Shown here one piece after another: positions 7,718-18,590 of a stretch of DNA of 24,344 bases. Under the pieces are notes generated by a model. That model saw nothing but the letters and a program-made list of their open reading frames with translations. It made no database searches and was not told the DNA's origin. This DNA comes from a virus. Taxonomy: Duplodnaviria; Caudoviricetes. The stretch spans positions 1 through 24,344 of the IMG/VR virus record IMGVR_UViG_3300020045_001486; one strand, given 5' to 3'. Made by a program: the position numbers and the translations under genes. Positions within the stretch are counted from its first letter, which is position 1. Each line of letters starts with the position of its first letter.

Positions 7718-10700
7718 TTAATAGGTGCCGAACTTTTATATGGATGGTCAACCGGAAGATTGGCCTCTAGGCCCCATTTCCAGGCGAGATACCCTTCGAT
7801 CTTCTGGCGGTCCTCGGTCGTGGGGGTGCCCGGAACGCACAAAATCTCGGCAAACTCTGCGACGAGTTCGTAATTTAAATACCCTCCGATGAGTATATTG
7901 GAGAATGCTGTAAAATTGCAATTTATCACTTCAACAATAGATACTCTATTGTTCAATGATAGATACAGGCTGTCCCTAGTACTCCAAGTGACCGATTCGC
8001 CGTCTACTAGGTAACTTGGACTACCAAAATTCCCGTTCACGGGATAGTTTGTATTACCAGACATCCCAGCAAGTGCATAAGTAACACTTCCAGATGCCGC
8101 CGTGAACGTTGCATAATTTGCATCGCTTGTCTTAAATACATAAAAGAGTGTCTGGACAGTCAGCCCGGGAGATGAGATGAGCAGACTCTTTGATGTTGTA
8201 TCCAGCGATACAGAGTTCTTTCCATCGATGCCTCCTGTATTAATAACAGGTTGGGCTGTATCCAAACTCTGCCGGGCATACCTAGCGTTCCCAGACTTAT
8301 CACGCCACTCGCTCACCCCTGTATCAATGGTGATGGTTGAAGCATCATCCGCATCCAGCCAGAGTGAGGTTGTAATCTCCACAGGAGTCCATAGATATTC
8401 ACCGCTTTCCAATTCACAAGTAATTGTTTCAGCCACTGCTGAATATTTTGAATTAGAAATTATTTGTTGATCTGCAATAACTTCAAGTATTCCAACTCTA
8501 CCTGTAATATCTAAAGATACAGTACTTGATGTAGTTGTTATTGTAGTGTATTCACCTGCTCCAACACGCCACCTTATTCTTGTTTGTGTTCCAGGTTCCC
8601 TAGATGATCCGATTTCATCATAAACTTGAAGAGAAAGATTATTTCTATCCCTGTTTCTCCAGCCCACAGTAACTGAAGTACCTCCTGCTATCGGTGAAGG
8701 ATTTCTTGACCCGTTAATTGTCAGATAATTTGTGGGCAAAGGCAATCCGGCGCGACCACTTTGAGTTGCTGTAATCAACGTCGCTTCATCAAGAGTTAAT
8801 TTATTACTATAAGTCGTGTCTAACAACTTAATATACTTTAATTCAGAATTTGGAATCAAAGTATTAATTAACCCGTTAATACCTTCAATGAACCAGGCTC
8901 TTGCGTTAGCTAAATGTGAATAGGAAGTAGTATCATAAATTGACCTGTAAACATTATTGAATGTTACTGATCCGTCACCGTTATTACTGTACCCAACATA
9001 AATAAATAATTCAGAACCAATTAATATTAACGCCTGACCTCTTCTAGCTTGGTCTAATGTTGTAAATTGTTTTAAATTCGATATATCCTCATTAGACATA
9101 TCATAAATAATTAAATCTCCGCTAGTATCGTGTTTTGTTGAAAAGGCGACTGTATTCGGGTAATCGTTTAATAACTTACCGGTAGAATTATAAATAACAG
9201 ATTCGTTACCTAAAACAAGATTTGATACAAAGTTATCCGAACTAAGCATAACGTCGTAAAGAAAAGAAGCTCCTGTTGGTTTTTTAGCTACTGAATATAA
9301 TCTACCGGAATTATCAAAAGAGGATACTGTTTCAGTGCTGGAGTTCGAACTTAAAAATAAAGGTGGTGTAAATATAGAAGTATAAACAACCGGAGCAGGT
9401 TCACTGTTTATCGGAACAAAGTGTGAAACGTCAGGCTGTGCAAAAATAGGTGTTGACGTTGAAAACTTATCTTGAATACAGGTTATTGTTATTTCGTTGT
9501 TAGCTAACTCACCTAAGCTAATTTTACTAATACGCATAACCATATTGGTTAAACTAAAAGGACTCCAATTCAAAATAAAACAACCGCCTGGACGTAAGGA
9601 TTGGGCCTTTCTATTACAAATTATATCACATTTATATAAAGGAACACTTACAAAACTAAGTTGCTTTGAAGCCATTATTAAAGCAGTCGATGAGGTCTTA
9701 CAACCAACAGCACTTATTTCAGTTGACTTAACTCTATCTTGAAAATTGATATTTGCAAAATCTTGTGCTACAGCTACACTATCATCATAGTCGTCATCTC
9801 TATTTGAAAAAGTAACACGAACTTGATTAAATGTATCATTCCAAGTACTTTTTGCAAAATTAGTTAAAGACTTAATTGACGATTCATCTAAAGTAATTAA
9901 GTCTTCAATATCGTAATCTTCTCGAATAAGTTTACATACTATTTTTGATGTAGCTGGATCTTGATACATCAAACCGTCGCATTGAGTCATTACCTCATTA
10001 ATCAAATCCTCACCAGTTATTGAAGATTGGATTAAAATTGACATCTGTATATTTTCATCGTATAAAATTTGCGCTGATGAAATAAAACTAGGCAAGTCCA
10101 ACAAATCAGGAGAATTTCCAAAACAACCAAAGTTTCTTGTTAAAGCGTCATATGCTATTTCTATAGGATTCAAATCAACGCCATTTGGCATTATTGAATA
10201 AGTAGAATCTAATCCGCTTGTTAGCCTGCTAATTTCAAAAGATATTGAAGGTAAAGTTGCTGCTGTACCTATATAAAAATTTTTAAAAACTATTCTACAA
10301 ATACCATTATATGATGGAATATTTTCATCAACCTTAATAGCTAAATAGGGATCTCTTGCCGTATCAAAAGATCCTGTATAAAATGTAGCGGTTCCTTTAA
10401 GACCGCCGCCACTTTTATCACCACCAAATAAGTTTTCTTGATCTATAGTTATGTCACCATCCGCTGATTTACTTCCTTCCCATATAATGTCCGTATCTGA
10501 AAATATACGTTTAAGAACAACGCCCGGCCCTAAGCATAAAGCTAAATCAAAACCCAAATAGTATTTATGTCCTGTTACATAAGATTTGTCAGAATGGAAT
10601 AATCCACCGTCAATTGTTTCGGTAATAGCTACTGTTGAAAAATCACCGTACCATAAAACAACCGGCGATTTTTGTCGTTCCGTACCGAACAATAGACTAA

Positions 10701-10845
10701 TAGGATCTCCGTAATTTGATCTCGGTATTTGCAAATCACCAAATTTAGCAGGCTTTGCGTTTTCAACGCTAACTTTCGGTGAAAGAAATATCATAGCCGC
10801 AACAGCTAATGCAAATGCAAAAAAAGCTACCCACATATCAAACAC
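7714..10845 (-). CDS. Central tail / host-specificity protein (GTA-like Phage-tail_3 type) with a C-terminal lectin-like domain
   Basis: 1043 aa, last gene of the tail operon. N-terminal GDPIxxLFGT and PxVLWYGD, GxxTFYxG and PSYNG motifs, N-V-V-F-NRxxxY and LRPG hub motifs. The C-terminal LWLDADD...WRDKSGN...EIL...RQKIEGYLAWKWG domain resembles LamG/concanavalin-like domains. Confidence 0.8.
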   Translation of the reverse strand: MFDMWVAFFAFALAVAAMIFLSPKVSVENAKPAKFGDLQIPRSNYGDPISLLFGTERQKSPVVLWYGDFSTVAITETIDGGLFHSDKSYVTGHKYYLGFDLALCLGPGVVLKRIFSDTDIIWEGSKSADGDITIDQENLFGGDKSGGGLKGTATFYTGSFDTARDPYLAIKVDENIPSYNGICRIVFKNFYIGTAATLPSISFEISRLTSGLDSTYSIMPNGVDLNPIEIAYDALTRNFGCFGNSPDLLDLPSFISSAQILYDENIQMSILIQSSITGEDLINEVMTQCDGLMYQDPATSKIVCKLIREDYDIEDLITLDESSIKSLTNFAKSTWNDTFNQVRVTFSNRDDDYDDSVAVAQDFANINFQDRVKSTEISAVGCKTSSTALIMASKQLSFVSVPLYKCDIICNRKAQSLRPGGCFILNWSPFSLTNMVMRISKISLGELANNEITITCIQDKFSTSTPIFAQPDVSHFVPINSEPAPVVYTSIFTPPLFLSSNSSTETVSSFDNSGRLYSVAKKPTGASFLYDVMLSSDNFVSNLVLGNESVIYNSTGKLLNDYPNTVAFSTKHDTSGDLIIYDMSNEDISNLKQFTTLDQARRGQALILIGSELFIYVGYSNNGDGSVTFNNVYRSIYDTTSYSHLANARAWFIEGINGLINTLIPNSELKYIKLLDTTYSNKLTLDEATLITATQSGRAGLPLPTNYLTINGSRNPSPIAGGTSVTVGWRNRDRNNLSLQVYDEIGSSREPGTQTRIRWRVGAGEYTTITTTSSTVSLDITGRVGILEVIADQQIISNSKYSAVAETITCELESGEYLWTPVEITTSLWLDADDASTITIDTGVSEWRDKSGNARYARQSLDTAQPVINTGGIDGKNSVSLDTTSKSLLISSPGLTVQTLFYVFKTSDANYATFTAASGSVTYALAGMSGNTNYPVNGNFGSPSYLVDGESVTWSTRDSLYLSLNNRVSIVEVINCNFTAFSNILIGGYLNYELVAEFAEILCVPGTPTTEDRQKIEGYLAWKWGLEANLPVDHPYKSSAPIN

Positions 10846-11659
10846 CTATTATGAAAATGTTATCGGATTCACCAGGAACAAAAGGCTGTCCACCGAAGTT
10901 TAATTGATTTGAAAATTTAGGGCATCCGTTTGCGCTAGTAAATGAGTGGTCACAACCGGCTGTTACTATTACTGCTTCACCAACACCGGCTCGACCAAAA
11001 GAATAGTTTATATGTAATATTCGTCCTATTTGAGAAGTTATTGTACGCCTTTCATTTCTTCCCGCAAAACTGATTTCTCCACCTTTCATCCAATTGTCTG
11101 GAAATAATCCTATTGTATTAACAACTATAGTCAAATCATAAACCATTTCGATAGTTGTCAATACCGAATTTAATTCCTTATCAACCTTACATAAAGTATC
11201 AAACAAAACATGGTTACAAGGTGGTTGAATATACACATTGGGAATATTACCTGATAAAATATTTCCAAACGTATTTGGTATTTTAAAAACCGATTCTTCG
11301 CCTGTAGTTTCTATTCCGTTAACTTCGCCTTTAAAATAAATAACGTAAGTTGAAGTTCCTCTATGAAACCGATAGATATTTAAAAACAGTCTCGGTGGGC
11401 TTATTTGAAAACCATAATCTTTTACGATTTGATTTGAAATTGGTATTTTTATTTCAACACTGGAATCATTATCTTCGTGAGTATTACAAATTATCTCACT
11501 TCTGCTTAAACCTTCTGTAGCAATATAAACTTTTTCATTTAACGTATGATTATAACGGTCGGTTGTCATATAATAATTTCTATATGTACCTACCCATTCG
11601 TATAATTCATACGGGGCACCGTCTTCTAAACTCTCGTCATATATATCATAATCACTCAT
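10838..11659 (-). CDS. Tail-tip protein, DUF2163/BR0599 family (Fe-S-type Cys motif)
   Basis: QPPCNHVLFDTLC and a C-terminal AGCDH...C.KFSNxxNFGGxPFVP. Position just upstream of the central tail protein. Confidence 0.85.
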   Translation of the reverse strand: MSDYDIYDESLEDGAPYELYEWVGTYRNYYMTTDRYNHTLNEKVYIATEGLSRSEIICNTHEDNDSSVEIKIPISNQIVKDYGFQISPPRLFLNIYRFHRGTSTYVIYFKGEVNGIETTGEESVFKIPNTFGNILSGNIPNVYIQPPCNHVLFDTLCKVDKELNSVLTTIEMVYDLTIVVNTIGLFPDNWMKGGEISFAGRNERRTITSQIGRILHINYSFGRAGVGEAVIVTAGCDHSFTSANGCPKFSNQLNFGGQPFVPGESDNIFIIGV

Positions 11660-13350
11660 GCTTCAGCAGTCCTTACACTAAATTCAATAGTAGTGTCGTT
11701 ATGATAATGTTTTAAAGTTACCGTATCACTATTTAATCTAACAGGTAACAAAAAGGAAACTCTTTTTATCAGTGCCCACAGAGGATCTACAGGCAAAGCT
11801 GGTTCGAACTCGATCAGGGACGTATCATCAACGGCGGATGCCTCTAAAACGCTCACCCTGTGAATACCACCTTCCGTTTCAAACTCAAGGTATCTATGTG
11901 TGGGCAAGGTGAAAGTTTTTCTTGCGTACTCAACGCTACTGCAAATAAAAGATGAGGTTGAAACTATTTCGATAAAGTTAAGATCCTCTCTATAAGTAGG
12001 AACCCAAAACTTTTTACATTGCCCTCTACAATGAGCAAAAAATAGTTTCCAGTAATCGAGTTTTTCATAATTAGAAACACGATTAAATTTAAATGATTTG
12101 TCTGTTCCTGTTCTACTATAGTCCCATCTTGAAATCAAACTTTCTAAACCAGTTTGATTATCTACAGATTTTAAACCAGCAAACAAAACGTCTTTAAGTA
12201 AATCATCTGCTAAACTTCTATCGTCAAGAACAATGGTATCCAAAAATGTATCGAAAGTGAAAGAAGATCCCGCCCTAGCTAAAGATTCACGTTGTCTTAA
12301 AAGTTTACAATTCAAAGTAGTTTTACCAACTTCGTTTGTTGCAAATCTTTCAAGATAACTGTTATCTTCTATTGAAACAGCAGAACCAGGAATAACAAAC
12401 GAACCTAATGGTATATCAAAAATTAAAGGTATTGTAGTACAACCGAAACTTTCAATAGTTTCTATTTTAATAACTTCTGATCCAGTTGGAGTTTTAATTA
12501 AAATATATTCCAATTCTCTAACATCAATTTTCGAATTATCAAAATATATGTTTAATTCACCCACACTACTCTCGGAAGTAACTCTTGTAGCGTATTGAAA
12601 TTCAGGAACCCATAAAAATCCTTTGCATATCAAAAGGTTCGTGTAAAATGATCGTAGTTCTGTTTGATTTTCAAATATAACATTGATATTTTGTTCAATT
12701 CTAGGAACTTCACCTAAAATGGAAATTCTTTGTTCACTACCATCATCAGAATCAATAATATCAGTTAACCATTCCCAAGTTTCTATAACAGGAACTTCAG
12801 GAACAACATCAAACTTTATTATTCTATCACCGGTTAAAATTAATGGTAATGGATCGGGATAATCTGAAAAATCAAATAAAATTTCAGAATAAATTACCGG
12901 AGTTCCTATGTAATCTACAGTTAGGTCATAAGTCAATTCCTGCAAAGGTGAAAATTCATAAGGAGTTGATTGACCCTCGATGATTATTCCAGACTGATCG
13001 GATATTAATATTTCATAAAGGTTTACTGGATTATAAGGATAAGCATTCCAAATAAAGAATTGTCGTTCTTGAGTTGTTGCAATCGTACCTAAATTTATTC
13101 CAAGTGGAGTGCAATGAATACGGAGATAATAATCTTGAAAAAATGATGGAAATAAATTACCTTTTATTTGCCATCTGTTAGATTCATGTTCTCTCCAATC
13201 AGAATAAGAACCATTTAATTGAACTATTTCGGTTAAAGACCAAGCTGCTTTTTCATAAGAGGCTTCTGTATTTTCATTCAAATCTTCAGAACAAAAATCA
13301 ACTATTTCAAAAGTAATATCAGTTGTTAAATAACCGGATATGGCTACCAT
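11656..13350 (-). CDS. Virion tail-tip structural protein (564 aa; YuA/D3112-like module)
   Basis: DYYxRIH...IWNAY, ETWEWLTD..DGSEQR, GQxKxFWVP and RLxSDxV motifs typical of this distal-tail-like protein. Gene order agrees. Confidence 0.7.
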   Translation of the reverse strand: MVAISGYLTTDITFEIVDFCSEDLNENTEASYEKAAWSLTEIVQLNGSYSDWREHESNRWQIKGNLFPSFFQDYYLRIHCTPLGINLGTIATTQERQFFIWNAYPYNPVNLYEILISDQSGIIIEGQSTPYEFSPLQELTYDLTVDYIGTPVIYSEILFDFSDYPDPLPLILTGDRIIKFDVVPEVPVIETWEWLTDIIDSDDGSEQRISILGEVPRIEQNINVIFENQTELRSFYTNLLICKGFLWVPEFQYATRVTSESSVGELNIYFDNSKIDVRELEYILIKTPTGSEVIKIETIESFGCTTIPLIFDIPLGSFVIPGSAVSIEDNSYLERFATNEVGKTTLNCKLLRQRESLARAGSSFTFDTFLDTIVLDDRSLADDLLKDVLFAGLKSVDNQTGLESLISRWDYSRTGTDKSFKFNRVSNYEKLDYWKLFFAHCRGQCKKFWVPTYREDLNFIEIVSTSSFICSSVEYARKTFTLPTHRYLEFETEGGIHRVSVLEASAVDDTSLIEFEPALPVDPLWALIKRVSFLLPVRLNSDTVTLKHYHNDTTIEFSVRTAEA

Positions 13351-14292
13351 TTAAGCACCTGTATATTTTATAGCAAATCCAAAAGTACCTGAATGATATC
13401 CAGATTCAGAACCTGATGAATTTCTTTGAGTTACATTTCTTTTATAACAAGGATAAACTTTCCATTGTTCAGAACCAAAAGTAACCAATTCTTCAGGTTG
13501 ATGATTATCCAAACGAACCAATCTTGAATTTTTCAAATTAGCCGCTATTGTTAATCCTCCAAATTCTCTAGCTATTACAGCTTTTATTGGAAGTAATACT
13601 GTAGCTTGATTTAACAAATTAGGTAAAGCTGTTATTAACCCACTGACGTAATCACCAGAACAAGCATTTAATCCACCTGCATTAGCTGCGCTGCTGTGTA
13701 CATATTTCCAACCTATTGAATCTAAGCTAGTATAAATATAAGAAGTCGGTCCACTATATGTATATTGACCAGTTCCTAAAAATAAACCTACTGTAAATGT
13801 AGGATATGTCGGAAAAGAAGTATATGGAACAAAGTGAAAAGATTCTTTACTTAAATTTAAGTAAAGTTTAGGAACTGTCGATTTATCAGTTATTGAAACA
13901 GAACCTGTTAACCAAGCACCTAAACCAATACCTTGAATATTTGATTTTCCAAACGACAGTTGTTGATAGCAATCATCATTGTAATTTACAATAACATAAA
14001 CTTCATCAGGATTATTAAAAATATGGATATCATACTTTAATGGAAAAATACTAGCTTCTCCAGAAAACTCTTTAATTTGTACACCATCTTGTACACTTTC
14101 AATTAAAGTTGACTCGTTTTGTGAAGTTCCACCCTTTAATAGTAAGTATGTTAAAAATGCAGTTAACTTAAAATAGCAACCACTTTTAGAAAGTATACCG
14201 TTACTCAACGTCCAACCATTAGATTGACAGGCAGTTTCAATTGCAGTTTTTAATAAATCGAAAGATAAAACCGAATCAGTATAAAATGCCAT
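13351..14292 (-). CDS. Virion structural protein (313 aa), second of the pair after the tape measure gene
   Basis: MAFYT...ACxxNGW, PDEVYxxVNY..YQxLSFG and a C-terminal HSGTFGFAIKY, as in YuA/D3112-like tail proteins. Confidence 0.7.
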   Translation of the reverse strand: MAFYTDSVLSFDLLKTAIETACQSNGWTLSNGILSKSGCYFKLTAFLTYLLLKGGTSQNESTLIESVQDGVQIKEFSGEASIFPLKYDIHIFNNPDEVYVIVNYNDDCYQQLSFGKSNIQGIGLGAWLTGSVSITDKSTVPKLYLNLSKESFHFVPYTSFPTYPTFTVGLFLGTGQYTYSGPTSYIYTSLDSIGWKYVHSSAANAGGLNACSGDYVSGLITALPNLLNQATVLLPIKAVIAREFGGLTIAANLKNSRLVRLDNHQPEELVTFGSEQWKVYPCYKRNVTQRNSSGSESGYHSGTFGFAIKYTGA

Positions 14293-14293
14293 A

Positions 14294-15271
14294 TTATTTC
14301 ATCTCCATTGCAATATAATTACGCCATGTTGTTCTATATACATCTTGACAAATAATAAAAGCTCTTCCCGAAACCAAACGTATTGCAGTAACTGCTTCTA
14401 AAACACTCATTCCAGTTTGATCGACTACGGTAGAGCCGTCTATTTGCAAAACATTTTCAACACCATTATTAAAACCGGAACAAAAAAAGATACTTTCGAA
14501 CTCACCCCATACATTAGATTGATTTATAGAAGTATCTAAATCTTGTAGTATTACAGGTTCTATTTGATAATATTTGTAAGTTTCCTCTAATAATCCAGCG
14601 GGAACTAATGTGTTTGAACCTGCTACACCAGCTAAAGCATTAGTGTTACTATTTTTATTTGAAAATGGATAGTTGTATGTTTTGCTCCATACACCGTCAG
14701 GTTTACGAACCCATAACATACATGAAGCTGAATAAGCAGACCCACCCCATGGGAATACTTGAGCAGTGTCACTGAATCGCTTTAGTTCAGGCCCATCAAA
14801 CATACCAGCGACGTATAGAGGTGAAGGAAATTCCCCAGGTCTACCATAAGGAAAGAATTTACCCGCTCCGAAATGTTCGTAAACAGGAGTTCCGACTTTC
14901 AAACAACCTGTTATTTGCTGTGCGTTAGCTTGGATAAAATACGTTATGGCATTATTGTGGGCAGGTACGCCACTATATTTTCCATTTGGTTGAGTTTCAA
15001 AAGTGTTAATTGAAACATATCCGGTAAAAACACCAACTGAAATATTATAATAATCAGCGGCAGCATTTTGATAAGTTTTGAAACCTATAAAAATTTCTTC
15101 TGTTCCGGTTAAACCTTCACCTTGCAAAATAAGTTCATGGTTATCGGTTGAAGTGTCGTAACGTAAAGTCACCCAATTGTTATCTTCAAGTAAACTTTTG
15201 ATAACAACCAAAAGTTGGTAATGAGTATCTAAGTCATCACCTTTAACTACTGTTCCTATTGAATATGACAT
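14294..15271 (-). CDS. Virion structural protein (325 aa), first of the pair after the tape measure gene
   Basis: ELILQGxGLTGTEEIFIG, GKFFPYxRPxEFPxPL, SGFNNxVEN and QDVYRT motifs. Directly follows the tape measure gene. Confidence 0.7.
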   Translation of the reverse strand: MSYSIGTVVKGDDLDTHYQLLVVIKSLLEDNNWVTLRYDTSTDNHELILQGEGLTGTEEIFIGFKTYQNAAADYYNISVGVFTGYVSINTFETQPNGKYSGVPAHNNAITYFIQANAQQITGCLKVGTPVYEHFGAGKFFPYGRPGEFPSPLYVAGMFDGPELKRFSDTAQVFPWGGSAYSASCMLWVRKPDGVWSKTYNYPFSNKNSNTNALAGVAGSNTLVPAGLLEETYKYYQIEPVILQDLDTSINQSNVWGEFESIFFCSGFNNGVENVLQIDGSTVVDQTGMSVLEAVTAIRLVSGRAFIICQDVYRTTWRNYIAMEMK

Positions 15272-18165
15272 TATTTAACTCCAACTATTTTGGCTACTGT
15301 TTGACGATTCTTTTGTAAAGTTTCAATTATAAATGCTCTACCTTCGGAAGATTTCAAAGCACTCATAGCGGCTTCTTTCGATTGTACCACAACAGCAGTA
15401 AAAGGCACGTTCACATTCACAGGCTGGTCAACTTTTGTCGCACCCTGTGCATTTCCTGAACCGTTCTGACCACTCGCTGCCTTGCCCACAGATGCGCCAT
15501 TTCGAGCCACCTGCGCCGCCCCGGATCGAAGCCTATCCAGGTTTGCCACCCCGATCTTTTGAGTACTGGCAGCGTCCATGACGTATTCGCGTTTATGCAC
15601 CACACCAGCGACTTCGTTCAGCGACCCTCTACCAGTCCACCCACCTTCCATAAATCCAGCCACGCCCCGGATAGCGGCCACGTTAGCCATACCAGCGGCC
15701 ACCACAGCAGCGGCCAGAGCAGGCCCAAGATAAGGCCCACCTTCAGCATAAGCCTTGGTAGCAGCGACGTAAGTATTGATTAGAGCTTGTGCTATTGCCG
15801 CTGTCTTTCCTATATCAGCTATCTTTGCATTACTGGAGTTCTGCAAAGATGCAAAGTTTCCAAAGAAGTCACTAGCGTAATCCAGCTTTAACTTATTTTC
15901 GTTAGCTATTAACTTTTCACGATATGCAGAATACGTTTTTTCACTAACAAGATCACTAGCTCTCATTTCCTCAAGAGTTTTATAATATTCTTGATATCTA
16001 TCCATCTGAGCACCTAAACCAATAGGATCGTCGGATATTGAAGCAAGTTCTTGACGAAGTGAAAGTACCTTTCTCAAATTTTCAACTTCACTTTCTGGAA
16101 GAATATTCTTTTGTTTAAGTTGTTCGTCTTTTAATTGAGATATTTCAGTTTCAACACCACGCTGATTTGTAGGCAAGGCTCCAAGTCTTAATTGTTCTTT
16201 AAGATTCTTGTTATACTCATACATCGAGTTTGTAGCAGCTTTATACTTTTCATCAGCATTTTGAATAACAGCGTTCAACTTTTCTTGGCTTATCAAGTTT
16301 TTCTTTAAAAGCTCATCACCAGCCTTTAAAGTAGCGAAGTATATACGACTTGGTCCTTCAATATCATCATAAAGATTATCAAATATTTGTTGAGCAAGAG
16401 TAGCTTCTTGAATTGCTTTTATTTTATTCCAAATGCTTTTAGTTTCTTCATCAGTAAGTTTTATTTTCTTACCGATCATTTTTTCCATAATAGAATCAAA
16501 TTTTGCTTGTGCTTCTCTTTCTGGACGCAAAGCAAACATACGATTTAATTCGTTATCAAGTTCGGCATTAATTTTAGCTAAAGTTAAAGCTCTACGTTCA
16601 GCAGCTTTGTCAGATTTATTAGCCCTATCTTCTAGTATAGATTTAGCTGCATTTTTAAGTTTATCTTTTTCAAAATTTATAGCATTCTTTTTAACGTCTT
16701 TAAAGAAATCGCTAGTAGCTGATTTACCAGTGGCCCAACCTTTTTTTAAGTCGGCCCCCATATTATCACCTATTTTAGAAAAGGAACCTTTATACTCATT
16801 TTCCAATTTAGGTAATTGCTTTTTAGTGAACTCGGGTATTATATCAAATCCAAATAAACCTTTAGGCAAACTGTTTAAAGAATGAATAAAAGCATTAACC
16901 AAATCAGTCGATTTATCAGTTATTCCTTGCAAAGCAGTTATTGCTATATTTGCTCCATTTACAAAAAACTCACCAAACAAATTAGGCAAGGCTTTCCAAA
17001 TATTTATAACAGCATTAAAAGCAGCATAGTTTAATGCAAATATGCCGTTACAAACAGTACCGACAACACCAAGTAATCTTAAAAATCTATCTTCAATCCA
17101 ATCAAAAAATTTAGTAGCTATATCTTTTGTGTCAAATGCTTTATCGAGATCGTCACTTATTGTTTTAAAAATACCTTTAAATATACTTCCGTAACCAACT
17201 TCAAATTCACCCTTAAAGTTTTTAATTTCTTTTTTGGTCATTCCTAATTCAGTTAGGAACTTTTTTAATTCTTTACTGGTTAAATTCAAATCAGCTACAA
17301 ATACTTTTAATCCTGAATCTTTATTTATTTCTTTTTTCAATAAAGCAAAAGCACCTACAGCGGCACCGAGAACGGCAATCAAAGGCAAAAATGGAACGAG
17401 CATCATTGCAGCGGCTCTAGCCATTGCACCCATACTAACCCCAGCAGCGGAAGCTATACCACCAATTTGAGAACCTTGTTGAATGAATACTGTCAAAGGC
17501 TTTTGACCTGAAGCAAGCGAAACAAAAATATCATTTAATTGATACCCAAGATTAACTAAATGTTGTCTTGAAAGTTGAGTTGTGTTATTGGTTTTTAATA
17601 ATGATTGTTGCCATTGTGTATTCTGAACTCTTGCGTTTTGTAAACTAACTTGAGCTTGGTCAATAGCTCTAGCATGTACTCTTTGAGAAATAACACCTTG
17701 TTCAAGTAACCTATTTGTTTCTCTAATTGATTGAGCATATTCTAAATAAGCTCTACGCAACGGATTTATTTTGTTTAAGATTCGATCTTTTGCAGCAGCG
17801 TCGTTTGCTTCAGCTACAGCATTACCTTGAAGTATTTTTTGCTGCGCTTCCAAGGCTCTATTTTCAGAATTAATTTGTGAAACATAATCACCTGTTTTAA
17901 GATTAGATTGTCTAGTTTCAATATTTATGACGGCTCGATAATCACCAGCTTTTAATTTAGCTTTTATTTTATCAATTTCATTTGTTACTTTTTTAAACTC
18001 GCTTTGAAGTCTTGTTACAGAACTTCCGCCAAGTTTTGACATTTCTTTAGTCAATATCGCTATAGCAGAATGTGCTTCTTTCGCATCGAAAGCAATGGAC
18101 TTTAATTTAGTTGAAATTGAAGAATCAACTTTGTCTTGTACTACAATCTCAATATTATTATCCAT
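15271..18165 (-). CDS. Tail tape measure protein (964 aa)
   Basis: Long Ala/Lys-rich helical protein with the lambda-H-like motif QLNDIFVSLASGQKPLTVFIQQGSQI and a C-terminal GFxxGGWTG...AGVVHxxEYV. Lies downstream of the chaperones. Confidence 0.92.
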   Translation of the reverse strand: MDNNIEIVVQDKVDSSISTKLKSIAFDAKEAHSAIAILTKEMSKLGGSSVTRLQSEFKKVTNEIDKIKAKLKAGDYRAVINIETRQSNLKTGDYVSQINSENRALEAQQKILQGNAVAEANDAAAKDRILNKINPLRRAYLEYAQSIRETNRLLEQGVISQRVHARAIDQAQVSLQNARVQNTQWQQSLLKTNNTTQLSRQHLVNLGYQLNDIFVSLASGQKPLTVFIQQGSQIGGIASAAGVSMGAMARAAAMMLVPFLPLIAVLGAAVGAFALLKKEINKDSGLKVFVADLNLTSKELKKFLTELGMTKKEIKNFKGEFEVGYGSIFKGIFKTISDDLDKAFDTKDIATKFFDWIEDRFLRLLGVVGTVCNGIFALNYAAFNAVINIWKALPNLFGEFFVNGANIAITALQGITDKSTDLVNAFIHSLNSLPKGLFGFDIIPEFTKKQLPKLENEYKGSFSKIGDNMGADLKKGWATGKSATSDFFKDVKKNAINFEKDKLKNAAKSILEDRANKSDKAAERRALTLAKINAELDNELNRMFALRPEREAQAKFDSIMEKMIGKKIKLTDEETKSIWNKIKAIQEATLAQQIFDNLYDDIEGPSRIYFATLKAGDELLKKNLISQEKLNAVIQNADEKYKAATNSMYEYNKNLKEQLRLGALPTNQRGVETEISQLKDEQLKQKNILPESEVENLRKVLSLRQELASISDDPIGLGAQMDRYQEYYKTLEEMRASDLVSEKTYSAYREKLIANENKLKLDYASDFFGNFASLQNSSNAKIADIGKTAAIAQALINTYVAATKAYAEGGPYLGPALAAAVVAAGMANVAAIRGVAGFMEGGWTGRGSLNEVAGVVHKREYVMDAASTQKIGVANLDRLRSGAAQVARNGASVGKAASGQNGSGNAQGATKVDQPVNVNVPFTAVVVQSKEAAMSALKSSEGRAFIIETLQKNRQTVAKIVGVK

Positions 18166-18167
18166 TT

Positions 18168-18590
18168 TTATTTCCTCAACTTAAACTTTGAAGCTATGTT
18201 TCGACCTACTAAAACAGCCCTTTCAACAAAACCAGATTGCGGATGCGACCATTCCAACTGTGGGACATAAGGTTGATTGTTACGGATGTAGATTTTTTGT
18301 CCTGGCTTTTTACGGCCCAGAACCGTTTTTGACCTGCCCACAGTAACCCCGGCTGAGAGGCTTTGTGTAGATCCTTTCTCGCCGGGGAAATGAGGTTCAA
18401 TTTTGTCCATGGATGGATTGTCTAAAGTCACAATCCAGTTTGAAAGCGCCATCGAGGTATCGACAGGCGTATTGTAGGCAAGTTGTTCAACAACAGCGTT
18501 TGCCACTTTTACAGCATGATCGGAAGCATCTTTGTCGATAGCATCTGCTTTCTTTTCAAGAAACTTGGCTAAATCCAAAAGAGTTTTCAT
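18168..18590 (-). CDS. HK97 gp10-like tail completion protein
   Basis: TPVDTSxAxSNW ... IYIRNNxPY..xLE ... GFVE signature. Confidence 0.8.
   Translation of the reverse strand: MKTLLDLAKFLEKKADAIDKDASDHAVKVANAVVEQLAYNTPVDTSMALSNWIVTLDNPSMDKIEPHFPGEKGSTQSLSAGVTVGRSKTVLGRKKPGQKIYIRNNQPYVPQLEWSHPQSGFVERAVLVGRNIASKFKLRK

Noticed and set aside
7714-8400. Diversity-generating retroelement target at the tail protein C-terminus
   Set aside because: No reverse transcriptase and no TR/VR-like near-duplicate were seen in the window. It cannot be excluded elsewhere in the genome.
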